Shown here: one piece after another, positions 14,725 through 29,690 of the stretch
Layout: each line of letters starts with the position of its first letter
How positions within the stretch are numbered: the stretch's first letter is position 1
Program-made: the position numbers and the translations under genes
The notes under the pieces: model-generated
What the model saw: the letters and a program-made list of their open reading frames with translations, nothing else
What the model was told of the DNA's origin: nothing
Database searches by the model: none
DNA from: Eledone cirrhosa
Taxonomy: Eukaryota
DNA length: 64,000 nt
Direction: 5' to 3'
Assembly: GCA_964016885.1 (NCBI GenBank)
Contig: OZ024740.1
Span: forward strand, 22,134,001 to 22,198,000

Positions 14725-14731
<7 letters not shown>
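14551..14731. repeat. Imperfect inverted repeat (~60-bp arms) containing a hammerhead 3' half (GAAACGCGAGTA)
   Basis: AAAAACGAGG..GTTTACATATGAAAAATATTTATT..TATCGACTTGT pairs with ACAGGTCGATA..AATAAATATTTTTCATATGTAAAC..CCTCGTTTTT and ends at (TA)n. Confidence 0.8.
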
Positions 14732-14773
<42 letters not shown>

Positions 14774-14913
14774 ATATTAACAAATGGAAACTATATTTAT
14801 AAAACCATATTTATTACATTATACATATTTCAAGGGCCAATAATTTGTTGAGTGCTTTATATCAGTTATAAAAATATTTGCTTGTTGTATCCCAACAAAT
14901 TAAATATAACCTC

Positions 14914-14999
<86 letters not shown>

Positions 15000-15225
15000 G
15001 ATAGCGAGTGAAATCGGGGGTAACCACAGTAAAACAGGTACTCAATACATAAGTAGAGTGAACACAATGAAAATTTGATATAGAAATGTCAGAACTAGAA
15101 CAGTTTCATTCATGCACTGATGATTTCATACGAATGAAACAGTTCTAGTCCTGTATAATCCATTTCTATATTAAATTTTCGTTGTATATATATATATATG
15201 TTCCTTCTGTCGTTACAACAGCAGA

Positions 15226-15310
15226 GGTCCGACGAGCTTTTGTTTTCAGAGTCAGACCAGATCGATACAGATCGAAGCTTGATCTGATCAATAGCGAAAC
15301 GCGCGTCACC
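15226..15310 (+). ncRNA. Type I hammerhead ribozyme (CCGACGA core variant)
   Basis: GGT-CCGACGA-GCT..AGC-GAAA-CGCGCG-TC-ACC. GUC cleavage site and palindromic stem III, followed by AATAAA. Confidence 0.75.
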
Positions 15311-15547
15311 AATCAATAAACGTAATGAAGGCTTAACAAATCGTCCTTGTATTATTATATTACACCCTGTCTAGCTCTTCACCTCGCTACAGACGTGAAC
15401 CTAAACATCGAGTGCTCACCTGGGTGAACCTAGAGTAACTTCACGTTACACTCCCTAGATATATATATATATATATATATATAGTGGTGGAACACTGGAA
15501 GGTAATATCCGTAGTGGTAGAGCACTCAGTCTAAGGGACGAGTTAGG

Positions 15548-15609
15548 TAGAAGTGGTTACACAACAGTTAGTTCACCATGGTGAACTAACTGTTGTGTAA
15601 CCACTTCTA
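15548..15609. repeat. Perfect 62-bp palindrome abutting (TA)n
   Basis: TAGAAGTGGTTACACAACAGTTAGTTCACCA|TGGTGAACTAACTGTTGTGTAACCACTTCTA. Confidence 0.95.
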
Positions 15610-16111
15610 TATATATATATATATATATATATTTATTAAAATAACAGATTAGTGTATTATGTATGTATGTATGTATGTATCCTACACACCTCCCTATAGT
15701 TTGTTAGCGTTACTCTCTCCGTCGCTTTTCCCTCTCTCTATAATAGATTACCCCCCCCCCCCCCTCTATAATTTAACTGCTTTACTCTCTGTCTCTCTTC
15801 ACTCTATATTACAATACTTTTACTTTCCGTTTTAATTGTATCTCTCTCTGTGTAACGGCCTATTTCTCTCTTTTGCCCTCCCTCTGTTTTTCTATCGTCG
15901 CTCGCATAAGTAACACACACACACACACAAATACACATACTTTCTGTCGTCGCTCGCATAAGTAACACACACACACATATCTATACTTTATATGTATGTA
16001 TGTAAGATCATTCCTCCTCTCTATAATTAACTGCTTTACTCTCTCTGTCGCTCTTCACTCTCTATATGACAACACTGTTTTAGTTTCCGTATCTCTCTTC
16101 AATATATACAC

Positions 16112-16160
<49 letters not shown>

Positions 16161-16192
16161 GAGTGATTTAGAGAAAGATTAGGAAAACTACA

Positions 16193-16392
16193 NNNNNNNN
16201 NNNNNNNNNNNNNNNNNNNNNNNNNNNNNNNNNNNNNNNNNNNNNNNNNNNNNNNNNNNNNNNNNNNNNNNNNNNNNNNNNNNNNNNNNNNNNNNNNNNN
16301 NNNNNNNNNNNNNNNNNNNNNNNNNNNNNNNNNNNNNNNNNNNNNNNNNNNNNNNNNNNNNNNNNNNNNNNNNNNNNNNNNNNNNNNNNNNN
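16193..16392. other. Assembly gap (200 N)
   Basis: Run of N. Confidence 1.
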
Positions 16393-16526
16393 TGTCCTTG
16401 AGCAAGACACTTTATTTCACGTTCTTCCTTCTACCTGGAGTTGCGACCGATAGATAGTATTAGCAATTGGAAAGACAAACGGAAACATTGTTGCCTCGGT
16501 CCGATTTGACGAAAGTCGATCGTTTT

Positions 16527-16572
<46 letters not shown>

Positions 16573-16573
<1 letters not shown>

Positions 16574-17370
16574 TAGCAGCTGAGCCCGGTTGCACCCGGG
16601 GCCACTTTTTATTAAGTTAATAATTTGAAAAATATTATTGAAAGTTTATTATAAAGAAGCAGTTTCAGAAAAAAAAATAGAAATATACACTTGGGGCTGG
16701 ACGGCGTACAATGAGAAGTGGGGCGACGTGAAAAGCGTTGTTTATTAACAGCGAAATAGCAATGTCGATGATATGCAATTTGAAAAATACTACTTACTGT
16801 TAGTGGGTGGTTAACATGTATTATAATTAAAATAAAAAACACGCGTCCCTTCTTCGCAATTTAAGGGTTTTATTTCTTTTGATGGAAAACAGTGACCGTA
16901 CTGCAGAATCGATTTCATAAAACGGTACTGTATGATCGTTAAATGTAGAAGAATGATAGTTTATTAACAGCGAAATAGCAATGTCGATGATATACAAGTT
17001 TAAAAATGCATATTATGAAGGTTTGTATGATAGTTTACACTTTTTCCTGAAACTGCTTCTTTATAATAAACTTTCAATAATATTTTTCAAATTATTGGTA
17101 CTGTATGTTAACAGCGAAAGAACGTTGATGAGTTTAAAAATTTGTATGAAATTGTAAATAAGACAAAAGTATTAGAACAGGGGGAAATAACTCACCGAAC
17201 GCGATAGTTTTGGGGCCCCAGGGACCCCATTTTTCAAGTTAGAGATTTGAAACCTCGTCTATTTGGCACTTTTTACATAGGTGTGTAAATTTTCATGTCA
17301 GTCCGACCACGTCTACTACCATTTAACCGTGCACATCTGAATTTCAACCACCGCCCATTTCACAAATATA
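16573..17370 (-). mobile_element. Non-autonomous Helitron
   Basis: The minus-strand 3' end is a CCCGGGTGCAACCGGG hairpin plus CTCAGCTGCTAG|T in (TA)n. The ~200-bp other end is shared with 18565-18770. Confidence 0.75.
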
Positions 17371-17375
17371 TATTA

Positions 17376-17743
17376 CTAGCAGAGGTACCCGGCGTTGCTC
17401 GGATATTAAATAGCAGTTATGTATACCATTTATGTCAATACTTCAGTGCTGCTTCGAAAACTATACTTTTACAAAATCATCGGATTTTTCCAAAAGGAGG
17501 TTCCTGACCCCAGGAGTCCCTTACCCAATATGTGCCAATTCTGAGAGTTCACATTCATCTGTAGGACAAACGTAGCCCAAGTGTCAAGTTTTGTGAAAAT
17601 CGGTTGCGAACTCCAGAAATTATGACGTTTTGTTGCATTGCACTGCAGTACTTCAGTCGGCTCCAAGGAAGTGGTTAAAGTGGTTAAAGGGGTTATCTAC
17701 CGGGGGGCCCTATAATCAATATCTGGAAAAATGTGTGCGCGTA

Positions 17744-17805
<62 letters not shown>

Positions 17806-18765
17806 TGTGTGGGCGTGTATGTATTTGTGTGTGCGTATGTATGTGTATGTCCGTCGGGCATATGTATGTACTGACCTAAATCTTCACTATTTACTTTTAC
17901 TATTTTAATAACCTCTGTCATTTTCGTTTTCAATTTTATTTACATCATTCTTAAACTCCGGGGCTGGAAATCATTCTGTTATTTTAAATAGAATATTAGT
18001 CTAACGACTCCTTTATACCATAAACTTGGTCTTGTCTTTGCATGAAATTGTTCTTCATGCTCCACATAACGACGTATTACCCTCGCTTTTTTCCCGTTCA
18101 TTGCCAGGGAACGTCTTCACGAACCAAAATATTGTCTTCCTGTTTTCGTTCGGTTGCAACGTTACTCGAAATATTTACTTCTGCGTTCACAGATTACTCT
18201 CAGTTCAATTTGAATGGGAAATTCCTGTTTCATCGATTTTCTCCGTAACCACGGAAGCTTGTAGTAGCCAAAAGTTTATTAACAGCGAAATAACGTTGTC
18301 TTTGATATGTTATTTTAAATAAGACAATGATTTGAAAAATACTACTTACTGTTAGTGGTGGTTAACATGTATTAGAAATAAAACGAAAATGATATCTGAA
18401 AAAACGTACTTGAGAACATGACTCCCTTCTTCGCATTTTAAGGGTTTTATATCTTTTGATGGAAAACAGTGACCGTTTTCGGATTGGCATTTCGTAAAAT
18501 GGTACTGTATGTTAACAGCGAAAGGAAGCTGCGAAAGAACGCAGCGAAATAAATTGATGAGTTAGTATTAGAACAGGGGGAAATAACTCACCGAACGCGA
18601 TAGTTTTGGGGCCCCAGGGACCACATTTTTCAAGTTAGAGATTTGAAACCTCATCTATTTGCTTCCTTGGTACTTTTTACATAGGTGTGTAAATTTCCAT
18701 GTCCGTCCGACCACGTCTACTACCATTTAACCGTGCACATCTGAATTTCAACCACCGCCCATTTC

Positions 18766-18770
<5 letters not shown>
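17376..18770 (-). mobile_element. Non-autonomous Helitron with internal (GT)n
   Basis: The minus-strand 3' end is CCGAGCAACGCCGGG-TACCTCTG-CTAG|T. Sequence is shared with 16573-17370 and 19808-20753. Confidence 0.75.
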
Positions 18771-18839
<69 letters not shown>

Positions 18840-19067
18840 CATTGATGTTGTCTGTGTGTCCTCATTTTAGCAAAGCCTATACAAATCCACATTTCTACTC
18901 CGATTGACTTCAAACTTGTATTTATATATTCCTTGCGGTCTGTTGTTAACGGGTGTTAGGCGCCGGTTATCTATCTCCGTCGCGCTCTTATAATATTTGT
19001 CTGTATGCCTAGCTGTCTGCATAACGTCATTGCTGAAGTATTATCTTCGCTACATTCACACACAGAC

Positions 19068-19103
<36 letters not shown>

Positions 19104-19368
19104 GCGCATATATATATACATATATACTTATATATACATATATATATACACACACATATATACACATATACATATATGTATATATATACATATACAAACA
19201 CATATACACAGATATACACATATATAAATATACACATATACACATAAAAATATATGTATATATACATACATATTTATATATATATATATATATACATACA
19301 TACATACACATATATATATATATATATATGCATACGTACACACACACACACATATATATATATATGTA

Positions 19369-19436
<68 letters not shown>

Positions 19437-19689
19437 TACATTTTAGGTTGCTTTATTATTCAAAAAACTTCTTGCCAATAAACATTAACCGTTTGTGCGC
19501 CATCCATCTAACTGTAGACCAACAAATACCAACTAAACGGACCGTTGACAAGAACGATGGCGAATGAATCTTCGAGGTAAGCAGTTTCCTCCCAAGCTGT
19601 TAGCTCACGCGGGATTCTCTGCTACACCTTTTCGTAATAATACCAAACAACGTACTGCTAGTAACTCCTTCCTCCAAAAGCCGTACAAA

Positions 19690-19797
<108 letters not shown>

Positions 19798-19807
19798 ATA
19801 TATATAT

Positions 19808-20753
19808 ATTTGTTATAAGAACAGATTAAAGTTTAAGCAAAGAATCGCTGCTTTCAACATTAACGGGATCTTCTGAAACCTAAAAATTTAATCTGTGAAC
19901 GCAGAAGTAAATATTTAGAGAAACGTTGCAACCGAAGGAAAACAGGAAGATCATATTTTGGTTCGTGAAGACGTTCTCTGACAATAAACGGGGAAAAAGC
20001 GAGGATAATACGTCGTTATGTGGACTGAGAAGAACAATTTCATGCAAAGACAAGGCCAAGTTTATGGTATAAATGGAGTCGTTAGACTAATATTCTATTT
20101 AAAATAACCGAATGATTTCCAGCCCCGGAGTTTAAGAATGATGTAAATAAAATTGAAAACGAAAATGACAGAGGTTATTAAAATAGTAAAAGTAAATAGT
20201 GAAGATTTAGGCCAGTACATACGTATGTGCCGACGGACATACACATACATATACATACGCACACACAAATACATACACACACACAAACACATACACACAC
20301 ACGCACGCACGCACGCACGTGCGTGTGTATGTAAGCCTTATGCATTTTTACAGTACATTCACCAAACTTAAGACATAGGTTACTTATGTACTCCGGATGG
20401 TCATGGGCACTTTCATTTTTCCAGATATTGATTATAGGGCCTCCCGGCAGATAACCCCTTCAACCGCTTCCTTGGAGTCGACTGAAGCACTGCAGTGCAA
20501 TGCAACAAAACGTCATAGCTTCTGGAGTTCGCAACCGAATTTCACAAAACTTGACACATGGGCTACATTTGTTCTACAGATGAATGTGAATTGGCACATA
20601 TTGAGTAGGGGACCCCTGTGGGCAGGAACCCCCTTTGGGAAAAATCCGATGATTTTGTAAAAGTATAGTTTTCGAAGCAGCACTGAAGTATTGACATAAA
20701 TGGTATACATAACTGCTATTTAATACCCAAGCAGCGCCGGGTACCTCTGCTAG
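19808..20753 (+). mobile_element. Non-autonomous Helitron, inverted relative to 17376-18770
   Basis: The 3' end is CCCAAGCAGCGCCGGG-TACCTCTG-CTAG|TATA. It has reverse-complement similarity to 17376-18195, and near-identical ORF text MKTKMTEVIKIVKVNSEDLGQY appears on opposite strands. Confidence 0.75.
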
Positions 20754-20807
20754 TATATATATAAAATATCTTTATAATACTATATTTATTTAATTTAATA
20801 TATATAG

Positions 20808-20923
<116 letters not shown>

Positions 20924-21659
20924 CCAAAAGTTTATATGGTTCGTTGATTATTCAACGAATTCAATTTTACAATAGATTAGAAGCACTCGACAAAAATTTT
21001 ATCTGGAGTATCTATAATATTATTCAAAATATTAATAAATGAGAAATATTATCATAATCAAAGTATATATTTCAAAGGTACAATGGTGTTTCAGTACGTT
21101 TTCATCAGATAAAATATATAAGAGATTGGATATGCGACATACCGCTAAGGTCTTGAATCTTCAATTCCTGTAGTGGTAGTAAGTTATTTCACCAACCCTC
21201 AACATTTATATACCACAAATAATATGATAAACTTAGAGAAGAAGAGGACTTTAAGCAACAAAGAAATATAGAAGGGGAGTTGAAAGTGAAGATGCGGAGA
21301 GAAAAAAAGGGAAATAAAGAAAAGGAAAAGGGAAGGATAAAGAAAAGGAGAGAATAAAAAGACCCGTTGTATTCAAATCCTAGACAAAAAATTCAAAAAT
21401 TATTCTTATTATTTATCAATGAATGCCGCTTGTATTGGATTGCGCTTTAGTTAATTATAAGTTTATAATAGATCTAGATTATTAGGCATAGATTAATTTC
21501 TACGGCAATCGAATATTTAAGTTTATTACAAATTTATATGCTTAAATTAAATCAATTTAATTTAACTCATTTTAGATTATTCTATTTACCATTATAATGC
21601 AACAATTAAACAATTTATCTCAATGTTTATTAAATATCTATTAAATATGTATTAAAATA

Positions 21660-22120
21660 TATTAAAAATGCATATATTCACATCAATATATAATATATTT
21701 TGTTCATTTATTATCTAAATTAATTCAAAATTCCACTTTATGTGAAACTTCGTTATTTTTTAATATTTTCATTTATTCTTTTAAATCTACATGTGGTTAT
21801 ATTTACTCTCCATAAACTTTATGTAACTTAATGAAGGGTTATAATTATATTTACTTCAATACTTAATTATTCTGATATATATAGTTTAAGTTTAATGATA
21901 GTCTATGTATTATTAAACTATTAATTATTATTTATTAATCTATATTTTATATATATATTTTTGCAAGCTACTATAATTTACGGACAATGTAAACAAAATT
22001 AAAAAATAAATGAAAATATAAAAAAATAACAAATGTCAAATAAAGTGGAATTTTGAATTAATTTAGATGATAAATGAACAAAATATATTATATATTGATG
22101 TGGATATACGCATTTTTAAT
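21660..22120. repeat. AT-rich inverted repeat (~100-130-bp arms)
   Basis: ATTAAAAATGCATATATTCACATCAATATATAATATATTTTGTTCATTTA..TTCAAAATTCCACTTTAT matches its reverse complement at ~22040-22120. Confidence 0.85.
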
Positions 22121-22191
22121 ACATATTGATCATGTGAGTCTAAAGGCCGCTGATCACTCGAAGGTGCCTCCCTCGACCTTAAATACAGTGT

Positions 22192-22291
22192 GTATTCCGA
22201 TGATTTGATCAGAGGCACACACTGTATCGAGTGACGCAACTTCGATTAGCGGCCTTTAGACTCACCTGATCAATGAAACAATTGTTAATAC
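22192..22291 (+). ncRNA. Hammerhead with long stem II (CCGATGA core) inside a foldback module at 22125-22410
   Basis: GTATT-CCGATGA-TTTGATCAG..CTGATCAAT-GAAA-CAATTG-TT-AATAC. It is a diverged copy of 47800-48156. Confidence 0.7.
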
Positions 22292-22432
22292 TGTAAATAA
22301 ACCCTTTTTGTACAGCCGACCATGTTATTCTTCACTCTTTCACTACTATTACTCCAAGAATGACCTGCATGGGAATTCTCGCAAACTGGCTGCCTAACTA
22401 GATTACCTAAAACGATAACTTGTTATCCCCCC

Positions 22433-22469
<37 letters not shown>

Positions 22470-22528
22470 CATATGTCCCAAGGCTCCAACACCATAAACA
22501 CAGAGGTGGCATATATAAGAACTAACTA

Positions 22529-22584
22529 ACTGCCTGATGAGGTCATAGCCATTCAATGGCTATCATCGAAATATATATAGCAGT
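22529..22584 (+). ncRNA. Type I minimal hammerhead ribozyme, intact
   Basis: ACTGC-CTGATGA-GGTCATAGCCAT-TCA-ATGGCTATCATC-GAAA-TATATA-TA-GCAGT. It has a 5-bp stem I, ~11-bp stem II, palindromic stem III and an AUA site. Confidence 0.88.
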
Positions 22585-22632
22585 AAATAACGGATTATGA
22601 GTTCATGCAATTGACTTATGTTTCGTCACTAT

Positions 22633-22669
<37 letters not shown>

Positions 22670-22910
22670 GTCATTAGAGATATACTTCACTGCTTTACGA
22701 TAGTTTCTAGATGGTGATAATACATTGTATCTATACTCAGTTATTGATCTATGTAAGTTTACAAACTATCAGATAGAGAGAATATTTACTTACATGCATA
22801 TCACCAGCTGTTTTCAAAAGCAATATATATATATATATAACGAAGGAAATGTGGTAAGGAACCAGCTGGACTAAAGTACTCAATACTTAGGGTAGTAGAG
22901 TGGGTAATAG

Positions 22911-23031
22911 GAACGAGTAGGACCCCGACGGCTGAGCTCAAGCCGTTTCGACGGTTAATTCTGGACTAAAATTTTAGTCCAGAATTAGCCATCGAAACGG
23001 CTTGAGCTCAGCCGTCGGGGTCCTACTCGTT

Positions 23032-23032
<1 letters not shown>
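22911..23032. repeat. Near-perfect 122-bp palindrome containing a hammerhead 3' half
   Basis: Centre is GGACTAAAA|TTTTAGTCC. The right arm has GAAA-CGGC-TTGAGCTCA-GCCG-TC (stem III plus GUC). Confidence 0.9.
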
Positions 23033-23106
<74 letters not shown>

Positions 23107-23126
23107 ATATATATGTATATATATAG

Positions 23127-23195
<69 letters not shown>

Positions 23196-23518
23196 TGTGT
23201 GTGAGTGATAGGGGGGAGATATAAACTTGTATGCAATTATGAGTTTGATACTATAAATATATTTGTATAGATATTAGTCATATTGTGAAATAAAGAGAAG
23301 TATGTTGTAGGCGTCGGCGAGAAAAGAAGAAAAACAGCAACTGTTTGACATTGGATCGTCGTTGGCCCGTACCCTTGGAAACGAGAGTCACATACCGATA
23401 TATAGCCACAGATATACATGTATATATATATATAAATATACACATAAACAGACCTACTTGTATATATATATATAAAAATATAATGTTATCTCTTCAATAC
23501 AAATAAACACAGACCTAC

Positions 23519-23563
<45 letters not shown>

Positions 23564-23758
23564 AGAAAACGAAAAATCAGTGATGCATCTGGACATAATT
23601 TATTGCGTGTTACGTTTTTTGATGACCCGTGTGGCAGTAGATACTGACCAGAACTAGTGATGACGTGGAGTATAAACAGTCAATGGTATGACAAGAGTGG
23701 AGGTAGGGTTTTTTGATGATAACACCCCAATGATAAAATTTGCTCCTAACGAAATACT

Positions 23759-23849
23759 CGTGTCTGAATGAACCTGCAGAAGTAGAATCAGCCGGATCCA
23801 TACAAGGACCACGTCTCGACCTACCTGCCGGAGAAACAATTGTAACACG
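23759..23849 (+). ncRNA. Hammerhead-like motif (CTGAATGA, one extra core nt) within inverted-repeat module 23555-23900
   Basis: CGTGT-CTGAATGA-ACCTGCAG..CTGCCGGA-GAAA-CAATTG-TA-ACACG. The ~55-bp downstream tail is duplicated in inverted orientation at 23555-23613. Confidence 0.65.
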
Positions 23850-23981
23850 CAATAAATTAAGTCCAGATGCATCACTGATTTTTCATTTTCTTTATAATAT
23901 CTACACTCTACTCTGATGAATATCGTGTGCTAATTTTGGCATACCGCCTATGGAAGCACCTTAGCTACCATTATACACAAC

Positions 23982-24014
<33 letters not shown>

Positions 24015-24015
24015 T

Positions 24016-24262
24016 AATTGTTTCTACTTTTGGCACAAGGCCAGCAATTACCCAGTGCATTACTGGTACTTTATATAATTGTTTCTACTTTAGGCACAAG
24101 GCCAGCAATTACCCAGTGCATTACTGGTACTTTATTTTATCGACCCCGTAAGGATGAAAGGCAAAGTCAACCTCAGCGGTATTTGAACTCAGATCGTAAA
24201 GGGACGTAACTATGCTGGAAAGCATGGCATCCGACCCTCTACCGATACTGCCAATCCACCGC
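24016..24262 (-). mobile_element. tRNA-type SINE with a 60-bp tandem duplication of its 3' end
   Basis: Reverse complement of the 57014-57198 family. The tail occurs at both 24016 and 24076. Confidence 0.85.
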
Positions 24263-24314
24263 ACTGGTACTTTATATAATGTTATCTCTTCAATACACAT
24301 AAACACAGACCTAC

Positions 24315-24437
<123 letters not shown>

Positions 24438-24580
24438 CTCACGAAATAGAACTGTTTCATTCGTGAGAAATTATCAGGAAGCTCCTGATGATTAAAACAT
24501 TTATATTAAAACTTTTATACTCTGCTATGTATTGAGTACCTTACTTAGTGTGGTTACCTCCGATTCAACCCGGAATAACT

Positions 24581-24627
<47 letters not shown>

Positions 24628-24630
24628 TTC

Positions 24631-24812
24631 TCAGTCCACACTGTAAATATGGTTGGTGTTAGGAAGGGCATCCAGCCGTAGAAAACCTGCCAGATAGTCC
24701 TATACGTGCGAGACACGGTCACCCGACCAATCTTGCCTCCAGTGGGACAATTCCCGTCTAACCCATGCTAGCGTGGAAGATAGACGTTAAATGACGATGA
24801 TGATGATGATGA
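24631..24812 (+). mobile_element. RTE-type LINE 3' UTR or SINE tail ending in (GAT)n
   Basis: CAGTCCACACTGTAA..GGTTGGTGTTAGGAAGGGCATCCAGCCGTAGAAAAC..GACGTTAAATGACGATGAT, the same as 54768-54930. Confidence 0.75.
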
Positions 24813-24881
24813 TATATATATATATATATATAAATGAAAAGTATAGAAAATTGTTTTAGCGAGAAGCTAATAGTATTCTAT

Positions 24882-24955
<74 letters not shown>

Positions 24956-24977
24956 TATATATATATATATATATAAA

Positions 24978-26452
<1,475 letters not shown>

Positions 26453-26668
26453 ATATATATATATATATATATTTTTTTTTTTCCATATATATATATATAT
26501 ATATATATATATTCTTACTATATATATATATATATATAACTTTGATAGGTTTCGGCCAGTATTGGCCCCAGGCCATATCTAACTTAATAGCACCACCTGG
26601 CGAAGTCTTTCAAATCAAGAGTTGGGCACCATGGCCCACTTAAGCAGAGAGTTATTGTTTACGGAGGC

Positions 26669-26708
<40 letters not shown>

Positions 26709-27126
26709 ATGTACACATAAACACACACCTACCTATATATATATATATATACTTAGCGGTGATGTTGGATGCTATATGTGATGTATATTGTTGATATACG
26801 ATGTAAGTTATATTTTGCACTCAGCCTCACCGCTATGTCCGGGTCAGTATGAAATCTTTTCCTGGGTCCTGTGTTTTCGTTGCTCTAATGATGCGGCTGG
26901 ACTGCCGACCGCTATATCTGATTTGCTAAGCTGTCTGAACGTAATGTTATTACTCTGGGGTCTTTCCTCATCTGAGTGCTCAATCTACAGACCGATTATG
27001 CATATCCGCTAGCTTGGCCGTATTCTAAAGCTTCGTCAATGATAAGGTAAGGGAAGTAACTCAGGTATGAAAAAAGTATTTACTCTGGGAAATACGCGGG
27101 GAAATATATTCTGTCTATTACACACT

Positions 27127-27302
27127 ATTGGCAGTATCGGTAAAGGGTCGGACGCCATGCCTTGCAGCATAGTTACGTCCCTTTACGATCTGAGTTCAAA
27201 TCCCGCCAAGGTTAACTTTACCTTTCATCCTTACGGGGTCGATAAAATAAAGTACCAGTAATACACTGTAATAATTGCTGGCCTTGTGCCAAAAGTAGAA
27301 AC
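27127..27302 (+). mobile_element. tRNA-type SINE copy
   Basis: GAGTTCAAATCCC B-box-like motif and GGGGTCGATAAAATAAAGTACCAG..GGCCTTGTGCCAAAAGTAGAAAC. Confidence 0.85.
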
Positions 27303-27479
27303 ACCTATTTTCTCAGTACGTATATTCACATACACACACACACACACACTCGTACTTACAGATATTTATCTGTGTAACACATAGTGATAACTGTATGGAT
27401 GTTTATATACTTATAACTAAAGCGGATATATTAATTCACTGGGCAGACAATGAGGTGATAATTCCATTGAGTGAGAAGA

Positions 27480-28577
27480 AAGGCTGTGAACGAAGGTGAT
27501 AAAAAGGCTGTGAAGGAAAGGTGATAAAAGGCTGTGAATGAAATGTGATAAAAGACTGCAAAGGAAAGGAGGTGATAAAAGGCTGTGAATGAAAGGAGGT
27601 GATAAAAGTCTATGAAAGGAGGTGATAAAAGGTTGTGAAGGAAAGAAGGTTATAAAAGGCTGTGAAGGAAGGTGATAAAAGGCTGTGAAAGAAGGTGATA
27701 ACAGGCTGTGAAAGAAGGTGATAAAAGGTTGTTAAAGAAGGTGATAAAAGGTTGTGAAGGAAGGTGATAAAAGACTGCGAAGGAAGGTGATAAAAGGCTG
27801 TGAATGAAAGGAGGTGATAAAAGTCTATGAAAGGAGGTGATAATAGGCTGTGAAGGAAGGTGATAAAAGACTGCGAAGGAAAGGTGATAAAAGACTGCGA
27901 AGGAAGGTGATAAAAGACTGCGAAGGAAGGTGATAAAAGGCTGTGAATGAAAGGAGGTGATAAAAGTCTATGAAAGGAGGTGATAAAAGGCTGTGAAAGA
28001 AAGAAGGTGATAAAAGGCTGTGAAAGAAAGAAGGTGATAAAAGGCTGTGAAGGAAAGAAGGTTATAAATGGCTGTGAAGGAAGGTGATAAAAGGCTGTGA
28101 AGGAAGGTGATAACAGGCTGTGAAAGAAGGTGATAAAAGGTTGTTAAAGAAGGTGATAAAAGGTTGTGAAGGAAGGTGATAAAAGGCTCGGAAGGAAGGT
28201 GATAAAAGGCTGTGAAAGAAGGTGATAAAAGGTTGTGAAAGAAGGTGATAAAAGATTGTGAAAGAAGGTGATAAAAGGCTGCGAAGGAAGGTGATAAAAG
28301 GCTGCGAAGGAAGGTGATAAAAGGCTGTGAAGGAAGGTGATAACAGGCTGTGAAAGAAGGTGATAAAAGGTTGTGAAAGAAGGTGATAAAAGGTTGTGAA
28401 GGAAGGTGATAAAAGGCTGCGAAGGAAGGTGATAAAAGGCTGGGAAGGAAGGTGATAAAAGGCTGTGAAAGAAGGTGATAAAAGGCTGTGAAAGAAGGTG
28501 ATAAAAGACTGTGAAGGAAGGTGATAAAAGACTGTGAAGGAAGGTGATAAAAGACTGTTAAAGAAGGTGATAAAAGC
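27480..28577. repeat. 23-bp purine-rich minisatellite (AAGGTGATAAAAGGCTGTGAAGG)
   Basis: Direct tandem units. The 23-aa periodicity in the spurious minus-strand ORF matches. Confidence 0.95.
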
Positions 28578-29185
28578 AGTGTTAAAATAGAAAGGTTATA
28601 TATTGTTAGAGAGTAACGTTTAACAGTATATTGAACACCAGTAAGTATATAGATTGTTGTATTAAAAACCGGGCCTAGGTAAGGACAGAAAGTGATTATT
28701 ATGTTAAAAAGGCGTTGCTTAAGTGGCTTTTGTTCGTTTAGTTGCATTGTCTATAGGTCATAGGGCTGGTATTTCCAGGATGAGAGTAAATATTTTTTTA
28801 AATATCAGCAGTTGATAAAAACCTCACTTTTGGAGTTGAGGTATTTAAAAGATTATTTTAAACCTCACTGGAACAAATGCTATATATATATATATATATG
28901 ATGTCAACATGAATGGACCTGTTATTTTTATCTAAAGAGATTTTTTCCAATCCCAACCTGCCCGTCCCCTCAATCTATCTTATTTCTCATTCTTTCTTCT
29001 GGTGAAGGACCAGCGTCCGAAACGTTAAAACCCTCTTCTTGCTATATCAAGCGTTAACCTAATATATCCCTTCCATATACTGTACCGATTGTGCTTTTAT
29101 TTCTGTTTACCTTTTACATACATACATATATATATTTATCAAAATAAAGATCCGAATGCATGGAATAAATTTCCAATCATTTTAA

Positions 29186-29259
29186 TCACGACATATGTTT
29201 CAATAAGAGATAGATCGATCGTGCGGCCATGATCGATTATGACTGATCTCGTCAGGTGA
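29186..29259 (-). ncRNA. Type I hammerhead ribozyme
   Basis: Minus strand reads TCAC-CTGACGA-GAT..ATCGATC..GATCGAT..ATT-GAAA-CATATG-TC-GTGA, with a GUC site. Confidence 0.8.
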
Positions 29260-29625
29260 AAATGAATTGTCTTCAAATCTTTGAGGGAGGACATTTAACG
29301 ATGTTCACTCACTAGAGTTTTGTCCTCCATATGAAGATTAAGCAGCCAAAACACGCCGACTGCTATCGTCCCCAGTTTGGGTCACAAAACTATCAAGTCT
29401 CTATCTCTCAATAGCTGTAAAAGACGCTGGACGGGTCTAATCTCAACATCGAATCTTTAGAATTACAGTCGGTCACAGTTAGTGTGAGTGAGTACACACA
29501 CACTCACACACACCGACGCGAGGTCGAAGAAAAAATATATATACAAACCAACATAGTATTCACCGAAAGTTAGTTTACAATTAGTAGTCCAATAGTTAGT
29601 TCAATAATACACCTTACTACATAAC

Positions 29626-29686
<61 letters not shown>

Positions 29687-29690
<4 letters not shown>

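Noticed and set aside
16393-16530. TGTCCTTGAGCAAGACACTT SINE-core-like fragment
   Set aside because: It is too short and truncated by the gap to classify.
21075-21112. Minus-strand CTGATGA..GAAAC motif
   Set aside because: Stems I-III do not pair convincingly.
23910-23965. CTGATGA plus hairpin followed by GGAAGC
   Set aside because: No GAAA or cleavage triplet.
27968-28747. 259-aa minus-strand repetitive ORF
   Set aside because: It is a translation of the 23-bp minisatellite.
28999-29026. CTGGTGA-AGGAC-CAGC-GTCC-GAAACGTT hammerhead-like motif
   Set aside because: The core A is changed to G and there is no stem I. It is at best a dead remnant.
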